A stretch of 64,000 nt of DNA from Pseudomonadales bacterium (GTDB taxonomy: Bacteria; Pseudomonadota; Gammaproteobacteria; Pseudomonadales; UBA5862). Made by a program: the position numbers and the translations under genes. Location of the stretch: NCBI GenBank assembly GCA_024234215.1, contig JACKOQ010000001.1, forward strand, positions 671,674-735,673. The letters run 5' to 3'. The notes under the pieces were generated by a model. That model ran no database searches. It was given only the letters and a program-made list of their open reading frames with translations, and had not been told where the DNA came from. Positions 39,854 to 49,091 of the stretch are shown here, piece after piece. How positions within the stretch are numbered: position 1 is the first letter of the stretch; the number at the start of each line of letters is the position of its first letter.

Positions 39854-40732
39854 TCAGTCGTGACCGCGTTGCAGCGCTTCGATGCGTTCGGCAAGCGGGG
39901 GATGGGTCATGAACAGACGTTTCAGGCCGCCCGCGCCGCCGCCGGCGATGCCGAAGGCAGCCATCTTGTCCGGCAGTGGTTGGGGGTGCAAGCTGGAGAG
40001 CCGTTGCAGTGCCGCGATCATTGCCGGGCGACTGGCCAGCCGGGCGCCGCCGGCATCGGCACGAAACTCCCGCTGCCGCGAGAACCACATGACAATCACA
40101 GAGGCGAGCAGCCCGAGCAGCAGGTCGGCGATGATCACAGTCACCCAGAAGGCCGGCCCCTGGCCGCTCTCGGTGCGGAAGATCACCCGGTCGACGGTGT
40201 GGCCGATCACCCGCGACAGAAACAGCACGAAGGTGTTCACCACGCCCTGGATCAGCGCCAGCGTCACCATGTCGCCGTTGGCGACGTGGGCCATCTCGTG
40301 CGCCAGCACCGCCTCGGCTTCCTCCTGGGTCATGTTGCGCAGCAATCCGGTCGAGACCGCCACCAGCGAACTGTTCCGGCTCATGCCGGTGGCGAAGGCA
40401 TTGACCTCGTCCGCTTCCCAGATGGCGACCTCGGGCATCCTGACGCCAGCCTGCTGCGCCTGACGTGCGACCGTCTGTACCAGCCACTGCTCGGTGGGTG
40501 TGCGTGGCGTGGTGATCAGTTGCGCACCGACCGATTTTTTGGCCATCCACTTGGAGAGGGCGAGCGAGATGAAAGCGCCGCCAAAGCCCATGATGGCGGC
40601 GAACAGCAGCAGCGCATCGAGGTTCAATCCCTGTGCATTCAGGTAGGGCTCCACGCCGAGCAGCCGCATGCTGACCGAGAGCACCAGCACGATGGCGAGG
40701 TTGGTGATCAGAAAAAGTACGATGCGTTTCAT
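39854..40732 (-). CDS. htpX: Membrane zinc metalloprotease HtpX (M48 family)
   Basis: [10 protein letters not shown] zinc motif, four TM segments, an AGGAG RBS, and the C-terminal HPPLAERI. Confidence 0.95.
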   Translation of the reverse strand: MKRIVLFLITNLAIVLVLSVSMRLLGVEPYLNAQGLNLDALLLFAAIMGFGGAFISLALSKWMAKKSVGAQLITTPRTPTEQWLVQTVARQAQQAGVRMPEVAIWEADEVNAFATGMSRNSSLVAVSTGLLRNMTQEEAEAVLAHEMAHVANGDMVTLALIQGVVNTFVLFLSRVIGHTVDRVIFRTESGQGPAFWVTVIIADLLLGLLASVIVMWFSRQREFRADAGGARLASRPAMIAALQRLSSLHPQPLPDKMAAFGIAGGGAGGLKRLFMTHPPLAERIEALQRGHD

Positions 40733-40864
40733 GGCCGAGACTCCTGGTGGCGGTTGGGTAAAGTGCCATTTGCCGTGCCTGGACTGCGCGGAAGGTAGCG
40801 TGAGCTCTGTGTTCGCATGGATTTTGCTGCGCCTTTGGGTTTTGACGCAGCCATTCTCGAGCCG

Positions 40865-40914
40865 TTTTTTACGAACAAAAAGCAGATTATTTTCTGCTTT
40901 TTGTTCGTAAAAAA
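40865..40914. terminator. AT-rich perfect hairpin (22-bp stem); probable bidirectional terminator downstream of norR
   Basis: TTTTTTACGAACAAAAAGCAGA - ttattt - TCTGCTTTTTGTTCGTAAAAAA. On either strand the inner GCAGA/TCTGC stem is followed by TTTTTGTT. Confidence 0.55.
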
Positions 40915-40992
40915 CTGATTTGTGAGGTGCGGGTTCCGGTCAGGGCCGGATGCATGGGAGCATGGCGCGATCGGGCGTCGAAATCTGCCGTT

Positions 40993-42546
40993 TCAGTTGC
41001 GCAATCCAAGGCGCTGGGCGAGGCGAATCAGGTTGCCGCGGTCGACACCGAGACTGCGTGCGGTCCTGGCCCAGTTGCCGCGGTGCAGCGCCAGCCGTTG
41101 TCGCAGCAGATCGCGCTGGCAGTCATCGACGGCCTGGCGCAGTGAGACAGTCTGGGTGATGTCCGGCTCGGATCGGGCGTGGGGGCGTTCGACTGCTGGC
41201 GGGTTCAGCATGCCGAGGTGGTGCAGGTGGAGGGTGACGATCCGCGCGTCAGCTTCGGCTTCGGCGCGGGCACGCAGGGCGGCGCGGCTGATCAGATGCT
41301 CCAGTTCACGCACATTGCCGGGCCAGTCACAGTTGAGCAGGGCGGCCTGGCAGTCGGCCGCCAACCGCAGGGCGCGCACGCCCAGACGGCCGCGGTTCTG
41401 CTCCAGAAAGTAGCCGGCCAGCAGCAGGGCATCGCGTTCGCGTTCGCGCAGGGGCGGCACCCACAGCGGAAATACGCTGAGTCGATGGTAGAGATCGGCC
41501 CGAAAGCGTCCGTTGCGCACCTCCTGCTGCAGGTCGCGGTTGGTGGCAGCGATGATGCGCACATCGACCCGATGAACGCGGTCACTGCCGACACGCTGAA
41601 TTTCGCCGCCGTGCAGCGCGCGCAGCAGCTTGGCCTGGGCGTTCAGCGGCAGTTCACCGACTTCATCGAGAAACAGACTGCCGCCATCCGCCAGGTCGAA
41701 CTTGCCACGACGCTCGGTCACCGCACCAGAGAAGGCCCCCTTCAGATGGCCGAACAGCTCGCTTTCGATCAGATTCTCGGGTATGGCCGCGCAGTTCAGC
41801 TCGACCAGCGGCTGTTGGCTGCGCAGTGATCGGCTGTGAACGGCCCGCGCCACCAACTCCTTGCCGACGCCGGTCTCGCCGGTGATCAGCACGGTCAGCT
41901 CGGTACCGGCCACCACACCGATTTCGTCACGCAGACGGCGCATGGCGGCGCTCTCGCCGATCAGCTCTTGCGGCGCAGCGGTGACGGTGGCCTCGCGCAG
42001 ATCGAGGTAGGCCTGTCGCGCATGTTCGGCGCGGGATTCGAGTGCATCGATCAGCGCGGCGGCCTTGACCGTGGCGCAGACCAGCGTGACGAAGGCGAGC
42101 AGCGCCTCCATGTCCAGCGCGGAAAAGGCGCCGGGTTCCAGCGAATCGAGTGTCAACACACCCCAGAGCCTGCCATCGATCATCAGCGGCACGCCCAGAC
42201 AATCATGAATCGGCAGATGTTCGGCAAAGCCGATCACCAGGCCGTCGTAGGGGTCCGGCAGCTCTGAGTCGTGGGCGAAGCGAACCGGTCTGCCGGACGA
42301 GGTGATGGCAGAGAGACGGGGATGCTCGGCGAGGCGGAAGCGCCGTCCCAGGGTGTCAGCCGAAAGGCCATCGACCGCCAGTGGAATCAGTGTCTCCTGC
42401 TCCAGCCGCAGCAACCCGGCGGCATCACAGGGAAAGAGTGCGCGCAAGGTTTCGAGCAGGCGACGATAGCGCTCACTCTGCGGCAGTTCGAGGGAGAGGT
42501 CGGCGACCAGGCGGGTGATGGCTGGAAGCAGCGGATTTGTTGTCAT
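40993..42546 (-). CDS. norR: Sigma54-dependent NO-responsive transcriptional activator (NorR/FhpR type: GAF + AAA+ + HTH)
   Basis: N-terminal GAF domain. The AAA+ sigma54-interaction domain has GETGVGKE, the GAFSGA (GAFTGA-type) loop and FLDEVGELP. The C-terminal HTH is RTARSLGVDRGNLIRLAQRLGL. The gene is divergent from hmp. Confidence 0.9.
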   Translation of the reverse strand: MTTNPLLPAITRLVADLSLELPQSERYRRLLETLRALFPCDAAGLLRLEQETLIPLAVDGLSADTLGRRFRLAEHPRLSAITSSGRPVRFAHDSELPDPYDGLVIGFAEHLPIHDCLGVPLMIDGRLWGVLTLDSLEPGAFSALDMEALLAFVTLVCATVKAAALIDALESRAEHARQAYLDLREATVTAAPQELIGESAAMRRLRDEIGVVAGTELTVLITGETGVGKELVARAVHSRSLRSQQPLVELNCAAIPENLIESELFGHLKGAFSGAVTERRGKFDLADGGSLFLDEVGELPLNAQAKLLRALHGGEIQRVGSDRVHRVDVRIIAATNRDLQQEVRNGRFRADLYHRLSVFPLWVPPLRERERDALLLAGYFLEQNRGRLGVRALRLAADCQAALLNCDWPGNVRELEHLISRAALRARAEAEADARIVTLHLHHLGMLNPPAVERPHARSEPDITQTVSLRQAVDDCQRDLLRQRLALHRGNWARTARSLGVDRGNLIRLAQRLGLRN

Positions 42547-42597
42547 TTAAACGCTTTATGTCGATTTATGCTGTCATAAAGAGACTGTCATCATGAC
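42541..42597. promoter_or_regulatory. Putative NorR upstream activating sequences
   Basis: Three TGTCAT half-sites start at 42541, 42572 and 42586. Two full GT-N7-AC matches are present: GTCATTTAAAC (42542-42552) and the palindrome GTCATCATGAC (42587-42597). A third element, GTCATAAAGAGAC, has N9 spacing. Confidence 0.55.
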
Positions 42598-42639
42598 ACG
42601 AAAAGCAATTAATGGTCTGTTTTTAAACTGATTTGGTTG

Positions 42640-42655
42640 TGGCACATCTCTTGTA
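42640..42655 (+). promoter_or_regulatory. Sigma54 (-24/-12) promoter of hmp
   Basis: TGGCACATCTCTTGTA compared with the consensus TGGCAC-N5-TTGCW: GG is at the correct spacing and the -12 element is TTGT instead of TTGC. It lies 47 nt upstream of the hmp ATG, and AT-rich DNA separates it from the UAS. Confidence 0.7.
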
Positions 42656-42701
42656 ATGTCTCTGTTCGAACGCTTCACTCAAACCTGCAGAGGCATGCTC
42701 C

Positions 42702-43877
42702 ATGTTGTCAGCACAGACCCAGGCCTTGATCAAGGCAACCGTTCCGGCCCTCGAGGCGGTCAATGAAAAATTGACCAGCCACTTCTACAAGATCATGTTC
42801 AGCGAATATCCGCAGGTGCGGGCACTGTTCAATCAGGCGCACCAGCAGAGCGGCGATCAGCCGCGGGCGCTGGCCAACAGTGTGATCGCCTATGCCAAAC
42901 ACATCGATCGGCTCGAAGCGCTGGGATCGGCCGTGGGCCTGATCGTGCACAAGCACGCTTCGCTGAATGTGCTGCCGGAGCACTATCCGATTGTCGGCAG
43001 CTGCCTGCTGCGGGCGATCAGGGAGGTGCTGGGCGCGGCCGCCACCGACGAGATCGTCGATGCCTGGGCGCAGGCCTATCAGCAGTTGGCCGACATTCTG
43101 ATTCAGGCCGAGGAGCAGGTCTACGCCGAGCATGAGCAGGCCAATGGCGGCTGGCGGGGCGTTCGCCCGTTGAAGGTGACACGCAAGGTAAAGGAGAGTG
43201 ACGAGATCACCTCTTTTTATCTCGAAGCGACCGACGGCCGGCCGCTGCTGGCGGCCACCCCCGGGCAATATCTGGCGCTGCGCTTCGTGATGGATGGGCA
43301 GGAGATGCGCCGCAACTATTCGCTCTCGGATGTCACCGATGGCAGCCACTACCGCATCAGCGTCAAGCGCGAGCCCGGCGGGGTCATCTCCACCCATCTG
43401 CATGACCGGGTGGCGGTCGGCGATCTGCTGGAGGCTTTTCCTCCCTGCGGTGATTTTGTGCTCAACCCGGGCCTGAAACCGCTGCTGCTGCTGAGCGGTG
43501 GTGTGGGATTGACGCCGACGGTGGCGATGTTGAACGCAGCGGTGGGCAGTGGTCGGCCGATCCATTTTCTGCACTGTGCACGCAATCGGTCGGTGCATGC
43601 CTTTCGTGAGCATGTCGACGGGCTGGCCGCCCGCCATGCCAACCTGCGCCGAACCTATCTCTACAGCCAGCCGGCAGCGGCCGACCAGGCCGATGCCGTC
43701 GGTCTGATCAGTGAGTCAGTGCTGGCCGGTGCACTGCCGGCGGACCGGGATGCCGAGGTCTATTTCATCGGGCCGAAGCCCTTCATGGCCGAGGTCAAGC
43801 GGCTGCTGGCCAAGCTGGGTGTGCCCGAACCGCAGACCCATTATGAGTTCTTCGGGCCATTGCAGACGTTGGAATGA
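42702..43877 (+). CDS. hmp: Flavohemoprotein (NO dioxygenase)
   Basis: Globin domain (MLSAQTQALIKATVPALE...FYKIMFSEYPQVRALFN) followed by an FAD/NAD-binding ferredoxin-reductase module (RRNYSLS, LLLSGGVGLTP). Confidence 0.95.
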   Translation: MLSAQTQALIKATVPALEAVNEKLTSHFYKIMFSEYPQVRALFNQAHQQSGDQPRALANSVIAYAKHIDRLEALGSAVGLIVHKHASLNVLPEHYPIVGSCLLRAIREVLGAAATDEIVDAWAQAYQQLADILIQAEEQVYAEHEQANGGWRGVRPLKVTRKVKESDEITSFYLEATDGRPLLAATPGQYLALRFVMDGQEMRRNYSLSDVTDGSHYRISVKREPGGVISTHLHDRVAVGDLLEAFPPCGDFVLNPGLKPLLLLSGGVGLTPTVAMLNAAVGSGRPIHFLHCARNRSVHAFREHVDGLAARHANLRRTYLYSQPAAADQADAVGLISESVLAGALPADRDAEVYFIGPKPFMAEVKRLLAKLGVPEPQTHYEFFGPLQTLE

Positions 43878-44821
43878 GGCGAAGAGAGCGATTCACCGCC
43901 TGGCTTGGCATCGAGGCCGCCGCGCCGCTGAGGGAGCGGCTGCTCTCTTCTGTTGGCGGATTCATCGGCCTGCTGGCGGTGGCCGTGCTGGGATTCTTCC
44001 ATCCGGCGGCCGGCGACATGCCGCTGCTGACCGGGGCGATGGGGGCCACTGCCATGCTGCTGTTCGCGCTGCCGCATGCGGTGGTCTCTCAGCCTTGGCC
44101 GCTGTTCGGTGGCCATCTGCTGTCGGCCATCATCGGTCTGGGCTGTGCGCGCTGGTTGAACCATGTGCCTTTCACACCCGCATTGGCGGTGGGGCTCGCC
44201 ATCGCAGCCATGCATGGTGCCCGCTGTCTGCATCCGCCGGGTGGTGCCACGGCATTGATCGCCGCGATGAATGGTCCCGAGGTGCAGGCACTGGGCTGGC
44301 ACTACCTGCTCGATCCGCTGCTGCTCCATGTCGGCGTTCTGTTCCTGCTGGCGATGCTGTTCAACGCCCCCTTTGCCTGGCGGCGCTATCCGGCACGCTG
44401 GGCGCGGGCAGCGCTCTCGCAGGGTGTCTTGCGTGAGGAGGAGACCCTCTCTTCCGAAGACATTGCCCATGCCGTGCGTGAACTGGGGCTGGTGGTGGAC
44501 GTCGATGAGGTCGAACTGCGACACATTCTGGCGCTGGCACTCCAGCGCGCCAGCAGCCAGCATCTGCTACCGGAACTGATCGTGCGCGGCTGCTGTTACA
44601 GCAATGGCGCGCATGGAGAGGCCTGGTCGGTGCGTCAGGTGCTGGAGATGTTCCACGACCAGCGACTGCGCTACCGCAGTCTGGTGGGGCCGGGCGAGCA
44701 GTTCGAGGCCGAATGCGGCGTGGCGGAGTTTGCGGACTGGGCGCGTTACGAGGTGCGCATGGCGTCGGGTCGCTGGCGGCGGGTGCAGCGTTCGGGAGCC
44801 ACGGACGATCCGCAAGCGTGA
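43874..44821 (+). CDS. HPP-family integral membrane protein with an uncharacterised ~130-aa cytoplasmic C-terminal extension
   Basis: Four TM segments and the family-defining HPPGGATALIA motif. The ATG overlaps the hmp stop (ATGA). Confidence 0.8.
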   Translation: MRRRERFTAWLGIEAAAPLRERLLSSVGGFIGLLAVAVLGFFHPAAGDMPLLTGAMGATAMLLFALPHAVVSQPWPLFGGHLLSAIIGLGCARWLNHVPFTPALAVGLAIAAMHGARCLHPPGGATALIAAMNGPEVQALGWHYLLDPLLLHVGVLFLLAMLFNAPFAWRRYPARWARAALSQGVLREEETLSSEDIAHAVRELGLVVDVDEVELRHILALALQRASSQHLLPELIVRGCCYSNGAHGEAWSVRQVLEMFHDQRLRYRSLVGPGEQFEAECGVAEFADWARYEVRMASGRWRRVQRSGATDDPQA

Positions 44822-44842
44822 ATTCGCTCGGCAACGCTCCCG

Positions 44843-45742
44843 TCAGGGCGAGACGAGGCGCAATTTGATCTGCTGCGCGGGCTGTGCCGGACGGATCAGC
44901 GGCAGCGCGAGATGGATCGGTGTGGCGCTCGGCATTTCCGTGCGGTCTTGCAATTCACCACTCAGATACTCTCGCGGCTGCAGTCGGCGCTGGGCGATCG
45001 GCTGGTCGGCCGCATCGACGAAGGTGAGTTCGATGGCCGGAAACGGCTGTGCGAAGGGCGCCTGATTGGTGAGGATGATCTCCACGGTCACCACTTCGGG
45101 CCGGCGTGGATCGGGGGTGATGGCGACCTGCTGCACGACCATGGCCTGCAGGTCGCGCTGCGGCGGCAGGCTGCATCCGCTGAGTGTGCAGAAGCGGTCG
45201 AACAGCGGACGCAGCAGCGGATCGACCGCCAGTTGGTCGAAGCGGTACCAGGCCAACTGCGCGGCGAGCAGCAGCAGCGCCAGCAGCGACAGGAGGCCAT
45301 AGATCAGTGGCCGCCTGGAGCGCGATGTGGGCGTCGGCAGCGGTTCATCGAGTCGAAGCTGCTGCAACTGCCGGGCAAGGCGCCGATCGAGCAGCGGCCG
45401 CTCGGTCTGCGCGGTGATGAGCGGAACCGGGATGTCAGTGGTGGGTGCTGCCGGCATGCTGGTGCGCCGTTCGCGGGCGGGCGTGCGCTGCTCGCTCTGG
45501 GGCAGTGTCGTGGCGGTTGTGGTCGGCTGAGGTTCGACGAGCGTGACCGCTGGCGGCACCGCGCTGGCCAGCTCCTGCTGGCCATGCGCGTCGAAGACAG
45601 CCATGCACAGCCCGCAACGCACCTTGCCCTGGGCCGAGTGCAACTGCTCCGGGCTGACGCGAAACAGTGTCGCGCAGTTGGGGCAGCGGCTGAGGATCGG
45701 CTCTGCCGGCGTCAGGGTGACGCTGTCACTGTCCGGACTCAT
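44843..45742 (-). CDS. MJ0042-type zinc-ribbon / DUF3426-like membrane protein
   Basis: N-terminal CPNCATLFRV...GKVRCGLCMAVFDA zinc finger, a Pro-rich linker, one TM helix and a C-terminal periplasmic domain. The start overlaps the prmA stop by 4 nt, matching the conserved prmA-downstream position. Confidence 0.8.
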   Translation of the reverse strand: MSPDSDSVTLTPAEPILSRCPNCATLFRVSPEQLHSAQGKVRCGLCMAVFDAHGQQELASAVPPAVTLVEPQPTTTATTLPQSEQRTPARERRTSMPAAPTTDIPVPLITAQTERPLLDRRLARQLQQLRLDEPLPTPTSRSRRPLIYGLLSLLALLLLAAQLAWYRFDQLAVDPLLRPLFDRFCTLSGCSLPPQRDLQAMVVQQVAITPDPRRPEVVTVEIILTNQAPFAQPFPAIELTFVDAADQPIAQRRLQPREYLSGELQDRTEMPSATPIHLALPLIRPAQPAQQIKLRLVSP

Positions 45743-46617
45743 GTCGGATCAGCCTTTTTGATGCCGCTCAGCAGGACCCACTCCTGCGCGAAGGTCGGCG
45801 CAGCGAGATCGAACCAGGGTCGATAGGCCGCAGCCACGGCCTCGACCTGTTCGGCCAGCAGACCACTGAGTACCAGTGTGCCACCCGGTGCCAGCCGCTG
45901 GCTCAGGTGCGGGGCCAGGGTGATCAGCGGTCCAGCCAGGATGTTGGCCAGCAGCAGATCGGCCACCACGGCAGGTTCGTCTTCGGTGGTGAAGGTGGTG
46001 AGCCGTTCAGTGGAGATCTGGTTGCGTTCGGCATTCTCGCGGGTGGCCAGCAGCGCCTGCGGATCGATGTCGATGGCCACTGCCTGCTCGGCGCCCAGCA
46101 GCAGCGCGGCGATGGCGAGGATGCCGGAGCCGCAGCCGTAGTCGATGACCCGCAGGCCGGCGAGCGGGTGGCTGTCGAGCCAGCCGAGACAGAGCTGGGT
46201 GGTTGGATGGTTGCCGGTGCCAAAGGCCAGGCCAGGATCGAGCTGCAGCACCACCGCGCCGGGTTCGTCCACCTGATGCCAGCTTGGGCAGATCCAGAGC
46301 CGCTCACCGCAGCGAATCGGCTGAAAGCGCGCCATCCAGCTGCGCTCCCAGGGTTCATCGGCCAGCGTACTGATCTGGTAGGCGGGCAGTGGTTCGGGCA
46401 GTTGCGCCAGCGCGGCCAGCAGCGCGATCTCATCGGCAAACAGACCGGTCAGCCGAATCTGGCTCCAGCGCGGCATGTTGCCGGGTGCCAGCTCGAACAG
46501 CGGCTCGTCACCGGCATCATCCAGCGTCACCGCCGAGGCGCCCAGTTCGAGCAGCAGCGCTTCGAGCGCCTCGCACTGCGGTGAGTCGGCCTCCAGTGTC
46601 AACTGCCACCAGGGCAT
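45739..46617 (-). CDS. prmA: Ribosomal protein L11 methyltransferase
   Basis: LDPGLAFGTGNHPTTQLCL and VIDYGCGSGILAIAA motifs. Confidence 0.95.
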   Translation of the reverse strand: MPWWQLTLEADSPQCEALEALLLELGASAVTLDDAGDEPLFELAPGNMPRWSQIRLTGLFADEIALLAALAQLPEPLPAYQISTLADEPWERSWMARFQPIRCGERLWICPSWHQVDEPGAVVLQLDPGLAFGTGNHPTTQLCLGWLDSHPLAGLRVIDYGCGSGILAIAALLLGAEQAVAIDIDPQALLATRENAERNQISTERLTTFTTEDEPAVVADLLLANILAGPLITLAPHLSQRLAPGGTLVLSGLLAEQVEAVAAAYRPWFDLAAPTFAQEWVLLSGIKKADPT

Positions 46618-46630
46618 GGCGTGCTCCGTG

Positions 46631-47971
46631 TCAGGATTCGATCAGCCGTTCGAGAAAGTGGATGCTCAACTCGCCACGCTGGAAGTTGCCATTGCCGAGA
46701 ATCTGCTGGTGCAGCGGCAGGTTGGTGCGGATGCCGTTGATCACGGTCTCGTCGAGGGCATTGCGCATGCGGGCGATGGCGCTGTCGCGGTTCTCGCCCA
46801 GGCAGATCAGTTTGCCGATCAGCGAGTCATAGTCGGCGGGGACGCGGTAGCCGGTGTAGAGGTGGGAGTCGACACGGATGCCATTGCCGCCCGGCGCATG
46901 AAACAGCTTGACCTCGCCGGGGCAGGGGATGAAGGTTCTGGGATCCTCGGCATTGACCCGGCACTCGATGGCGTGGCCGCGCAGCACGATGTCGCGCTGG
47001 GTCAGCGTCAGCGGCTGACCGGCGGCGATCTTGATCTGCTCCTTGACGATGTCGACGCCGGTGACCATCTCGGTGACCGGATGTTCGACCTGCACGCGGG
47101 TGTTCATCTCGATGAAGTAGAACTCATCGTCCTGATAGAGAAACTCGAAGGTGCCGGCACCGCGGTAGCCGATCTCACGGCAGGCCTGCACGCAGCGCTC
47201 GGCGATGCGGTCGCGCAGAGCGGGATCGATGCCGGGCGCGGGGGCCTCTTCGAGCACCTTCTGATGACGTCGCTGCAACGAGCAGTCGCGGTCGCCCAGG
47301 TGGATCACATTGCCGTGGGTGTCGGCCAGCACCTGAATCTCGACATGGCGCGGCCGTTCGAGGAATTTCTCGAGATAGACCCGGTCGTCGCCGAACGCGG
47401 CACCGGCCTCGCTGCGGGTCAGTTGAACGGCATTGAGCAGCGCGGCCTCGCTTCTGACCACCCGCATGCCGCGGCCACCGCCACCGGCGGCGGCCTTGAT
47501 GATGACCGGATAGCCGATCTGATGCGCCAGCGCCAGGGTGCGGTCGCTGTCGTCATCGAGGGTGCCGTCGGAGCCGGGGACCGTGGGAATGCCGGCTGCT
47601 TTCATGGTGCGGATGGCCGAGACCTTGTCGCCCATGGTGCGGATCACGCTGGCGGTTGGGCCGATGAAGACGAAGCCGCACTGCTCGACCTGTTCGGCGA
47701 AGTCGGCGTTTTCAGAGAGAAAACCGTAACCGGGATGCACCGCCTCGGCGTCGGTCACCTCCATGGCGCTGAGGATGGCCGGCGCGTGGAGGTAGCTCTC
47801 GCGCGGCCGGCTGGGGCCGATGCAGACGGTCTCGTCGGCCAGACGCACATGCATCAGATCGCGGTCGGCCTTGGAGTGCAGCGCCACGGTCTTGATGCCA
47901 AGCTCCTTGCAGGCACGCAGGATGCGCAGGGCGATCTCGCCGCGGTTGGCGATGGCAATTTTGTTGAACAT
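46631..47971 (-). CDS. accC: Acetyl-CoA carboxylase biotin carboxylase subunit
   Basis: [26 protein letters not shown] with an ATP-grasp core; 446 aa. Confidence 0.98.
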   Translation of the reverse strand: MFNKIAIANRGEIALRILRACKELGIKTVALHSKADRDLMHVRLADETVCIGPSRPRESYLHAPAILSAMEVTDAEAVHPGYGFLSENADFAEQVEQCGFVFIGPTASVIRTMGDKVSAIRTMKAAGIPTVPGSDGTLDDDSDRTLALAHQIGYPVIIKAAAGGGGRGMRVVRSEAALLNAVQLTRSEAGAAFGDDRVYLEKFLERPRHVEIQVLADTHGNVIHLGDRDCSLQRRHQKVLEEAPAPGIDPALRDRIAERCVQACREIGYRGAGTFEFLYQDDEFYFIEMNTRVQVEHPVTEMVTGVDIVKEQIKIAAGQPLTLTQRDIVLRGHAIECRVNAEDPRTFIPCPGEVKLFHAPGGNGIRVDSHLYTGYRVPADYDSLIGKLICLGENRDSAIARMRNALDETVINGIRTNLPLHQQILGNGNFQRGELSIHFLERLIES

Positions 47972-48004
47972 GGATGGAGCGGTTCCGGAGTCTGAGAGAT
48001 CGGC

Positions 48005-48472
48005 CTAGACGACTGTGATCAGTGGCTGGTCGAATTCGACCGGGGCGCCATCTTCGACCAAGATGGCCTCGACGATGCCGGCCTTGTCGGCTTCGATCTG
48101 GTTCATCATCTTCATCGCCTCGACGATGCAGACCACATCGCCGACATTGATCCGCTGACCCACCTCGACGAACGCCTTGCTGCCCGGTGCCGGTGAGCGA
48201 TAGAAGGTGCCCACCATCGGCGAGGTGATGGCCTGCTGCACACTGCTGGCTGGCGGCGGCGTGATTGCCGCCGGGGCGGGCGCGGCTGCCGGCACCGCTG
48301 CGGGCGGGGCCAGCGGCGCGGCGGCCTGCCAGATCGGCGGCTGCTGGGCGAAAGCCTGTTGTGGCAGGCGGCGGCTGATGCGCACCGACTCCTCGCCCTC
48401 CTTGATCTCGAGCTCTTCGATGCCGGACTCTTCGACCAGTTCGATCAGTTTTTTGACTTTGCGGATGTCCAT
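48005..48472 (-). CDS. accB: Biotin carboxyl carrier protein
   Basis: Pro/Ala linker and the [11 protein letters not shown] biotinylation motif. Confidence 0.97.
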   Translation of the reverse strand: MDIRKVKKLIELVEESGIEELEIKEGEESVRISRRLPQQAFAQQPPIWQAAAPLAPPAAVPAAAPAPAAITPPPASSVQQAITSPMVGTFYRSPAPGSKAFVEVGQRINVGDVVCIVEAMKMMNQIEADKAGIVEAILVEDGAPVEFDQPLITVV

Positions 48473-48500
48473 GGTGATGGTTGTGTACTCCCGGGATGGG

Positions 48501-48956
48501 TCAGGGTGATGGTTTTGGCGTGGCCAGCCGCTCGATCGCGGCCAGCAGTGCCAGACGGTAGCTGTCGGCGCCGAAGCCGCTGATCACGCCGACGGCGATG
48601 TCAGAGAAGTAGGAGTGATGACGAAATGGCTCGCGTGCATGGACATTCGACAGGTGCAGCTCGATGAACGGAATGGCGACCGCCAGCAGCGCATCGCGCA
48701 GCGCCACGCTGCTGTGGGTGAAGGCCGCCGGATTGAACAGGATGAAGTCGGTGCCATCCTCGAGCGCGCCGTGGATGCGGTCGATCAGCGCGTGCTCGGC
48801 ATTGGATTGAAAGCAGCAGAGCGTGTGGCCGCGGGCTTCGGCCTCGCGCACCAGTGCATCGGTGATCGCGTCGAGTGACTGGCGGCCATAGTGGCCGGGT
48901 TCGCGGCGGCCCAGCATGTTGAGGTTGGGGCCATTGAGCAGCAGCAGTTTCGCCAT
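48501..48956 (-). CDS. aroQ: Type II 3-dehydroquinate dehydratase
   Basis: [20 protein letters not shown] and [17 protein letters not shown]. Confidence 0.95.
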   Translation of the reverse strand: MAKLLLLNGPNLNMLGRREPGHYGRQSLDAITDALVREAEARGHTLCCFQSNAEHALIDRIHGALEDGTDFILFNPAAFTHSSVALRDALLAVAIPFIELHLSNVHAREPFRHHSYFSDIAVGVISGFGADSYRLALLAAIERLATPKPSP

Positions 48957-49006
48957 GCGGATCGGTTTTGGAATTCTGGGGTCAAGTCACTGTTATTTTG
49001 CCGAAG

Positions 49007-49028
49007 TTTGCCGTCAATTGACAGCAAA
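49007..49028. promoter_or_regulatory. Near-perfect 22-bp palindrome upstream of aroQ-accB-accC (candidate operator)
   Basis: TTTGCCGTCAATTGACAGCAAA, with one mismatched pair. On the coding (minus) strand it contains a TTGACG -35-like hexamer 51-72 nt upstream of the aroQ ATG. Confidence 0.4.
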
Positions 49029-49091
49029 TTTCCAATTCCGGGCCGCTGCACTCTAGGGCCGATCCGCCCGAAAGGCAAGGCAGGATCGCAC

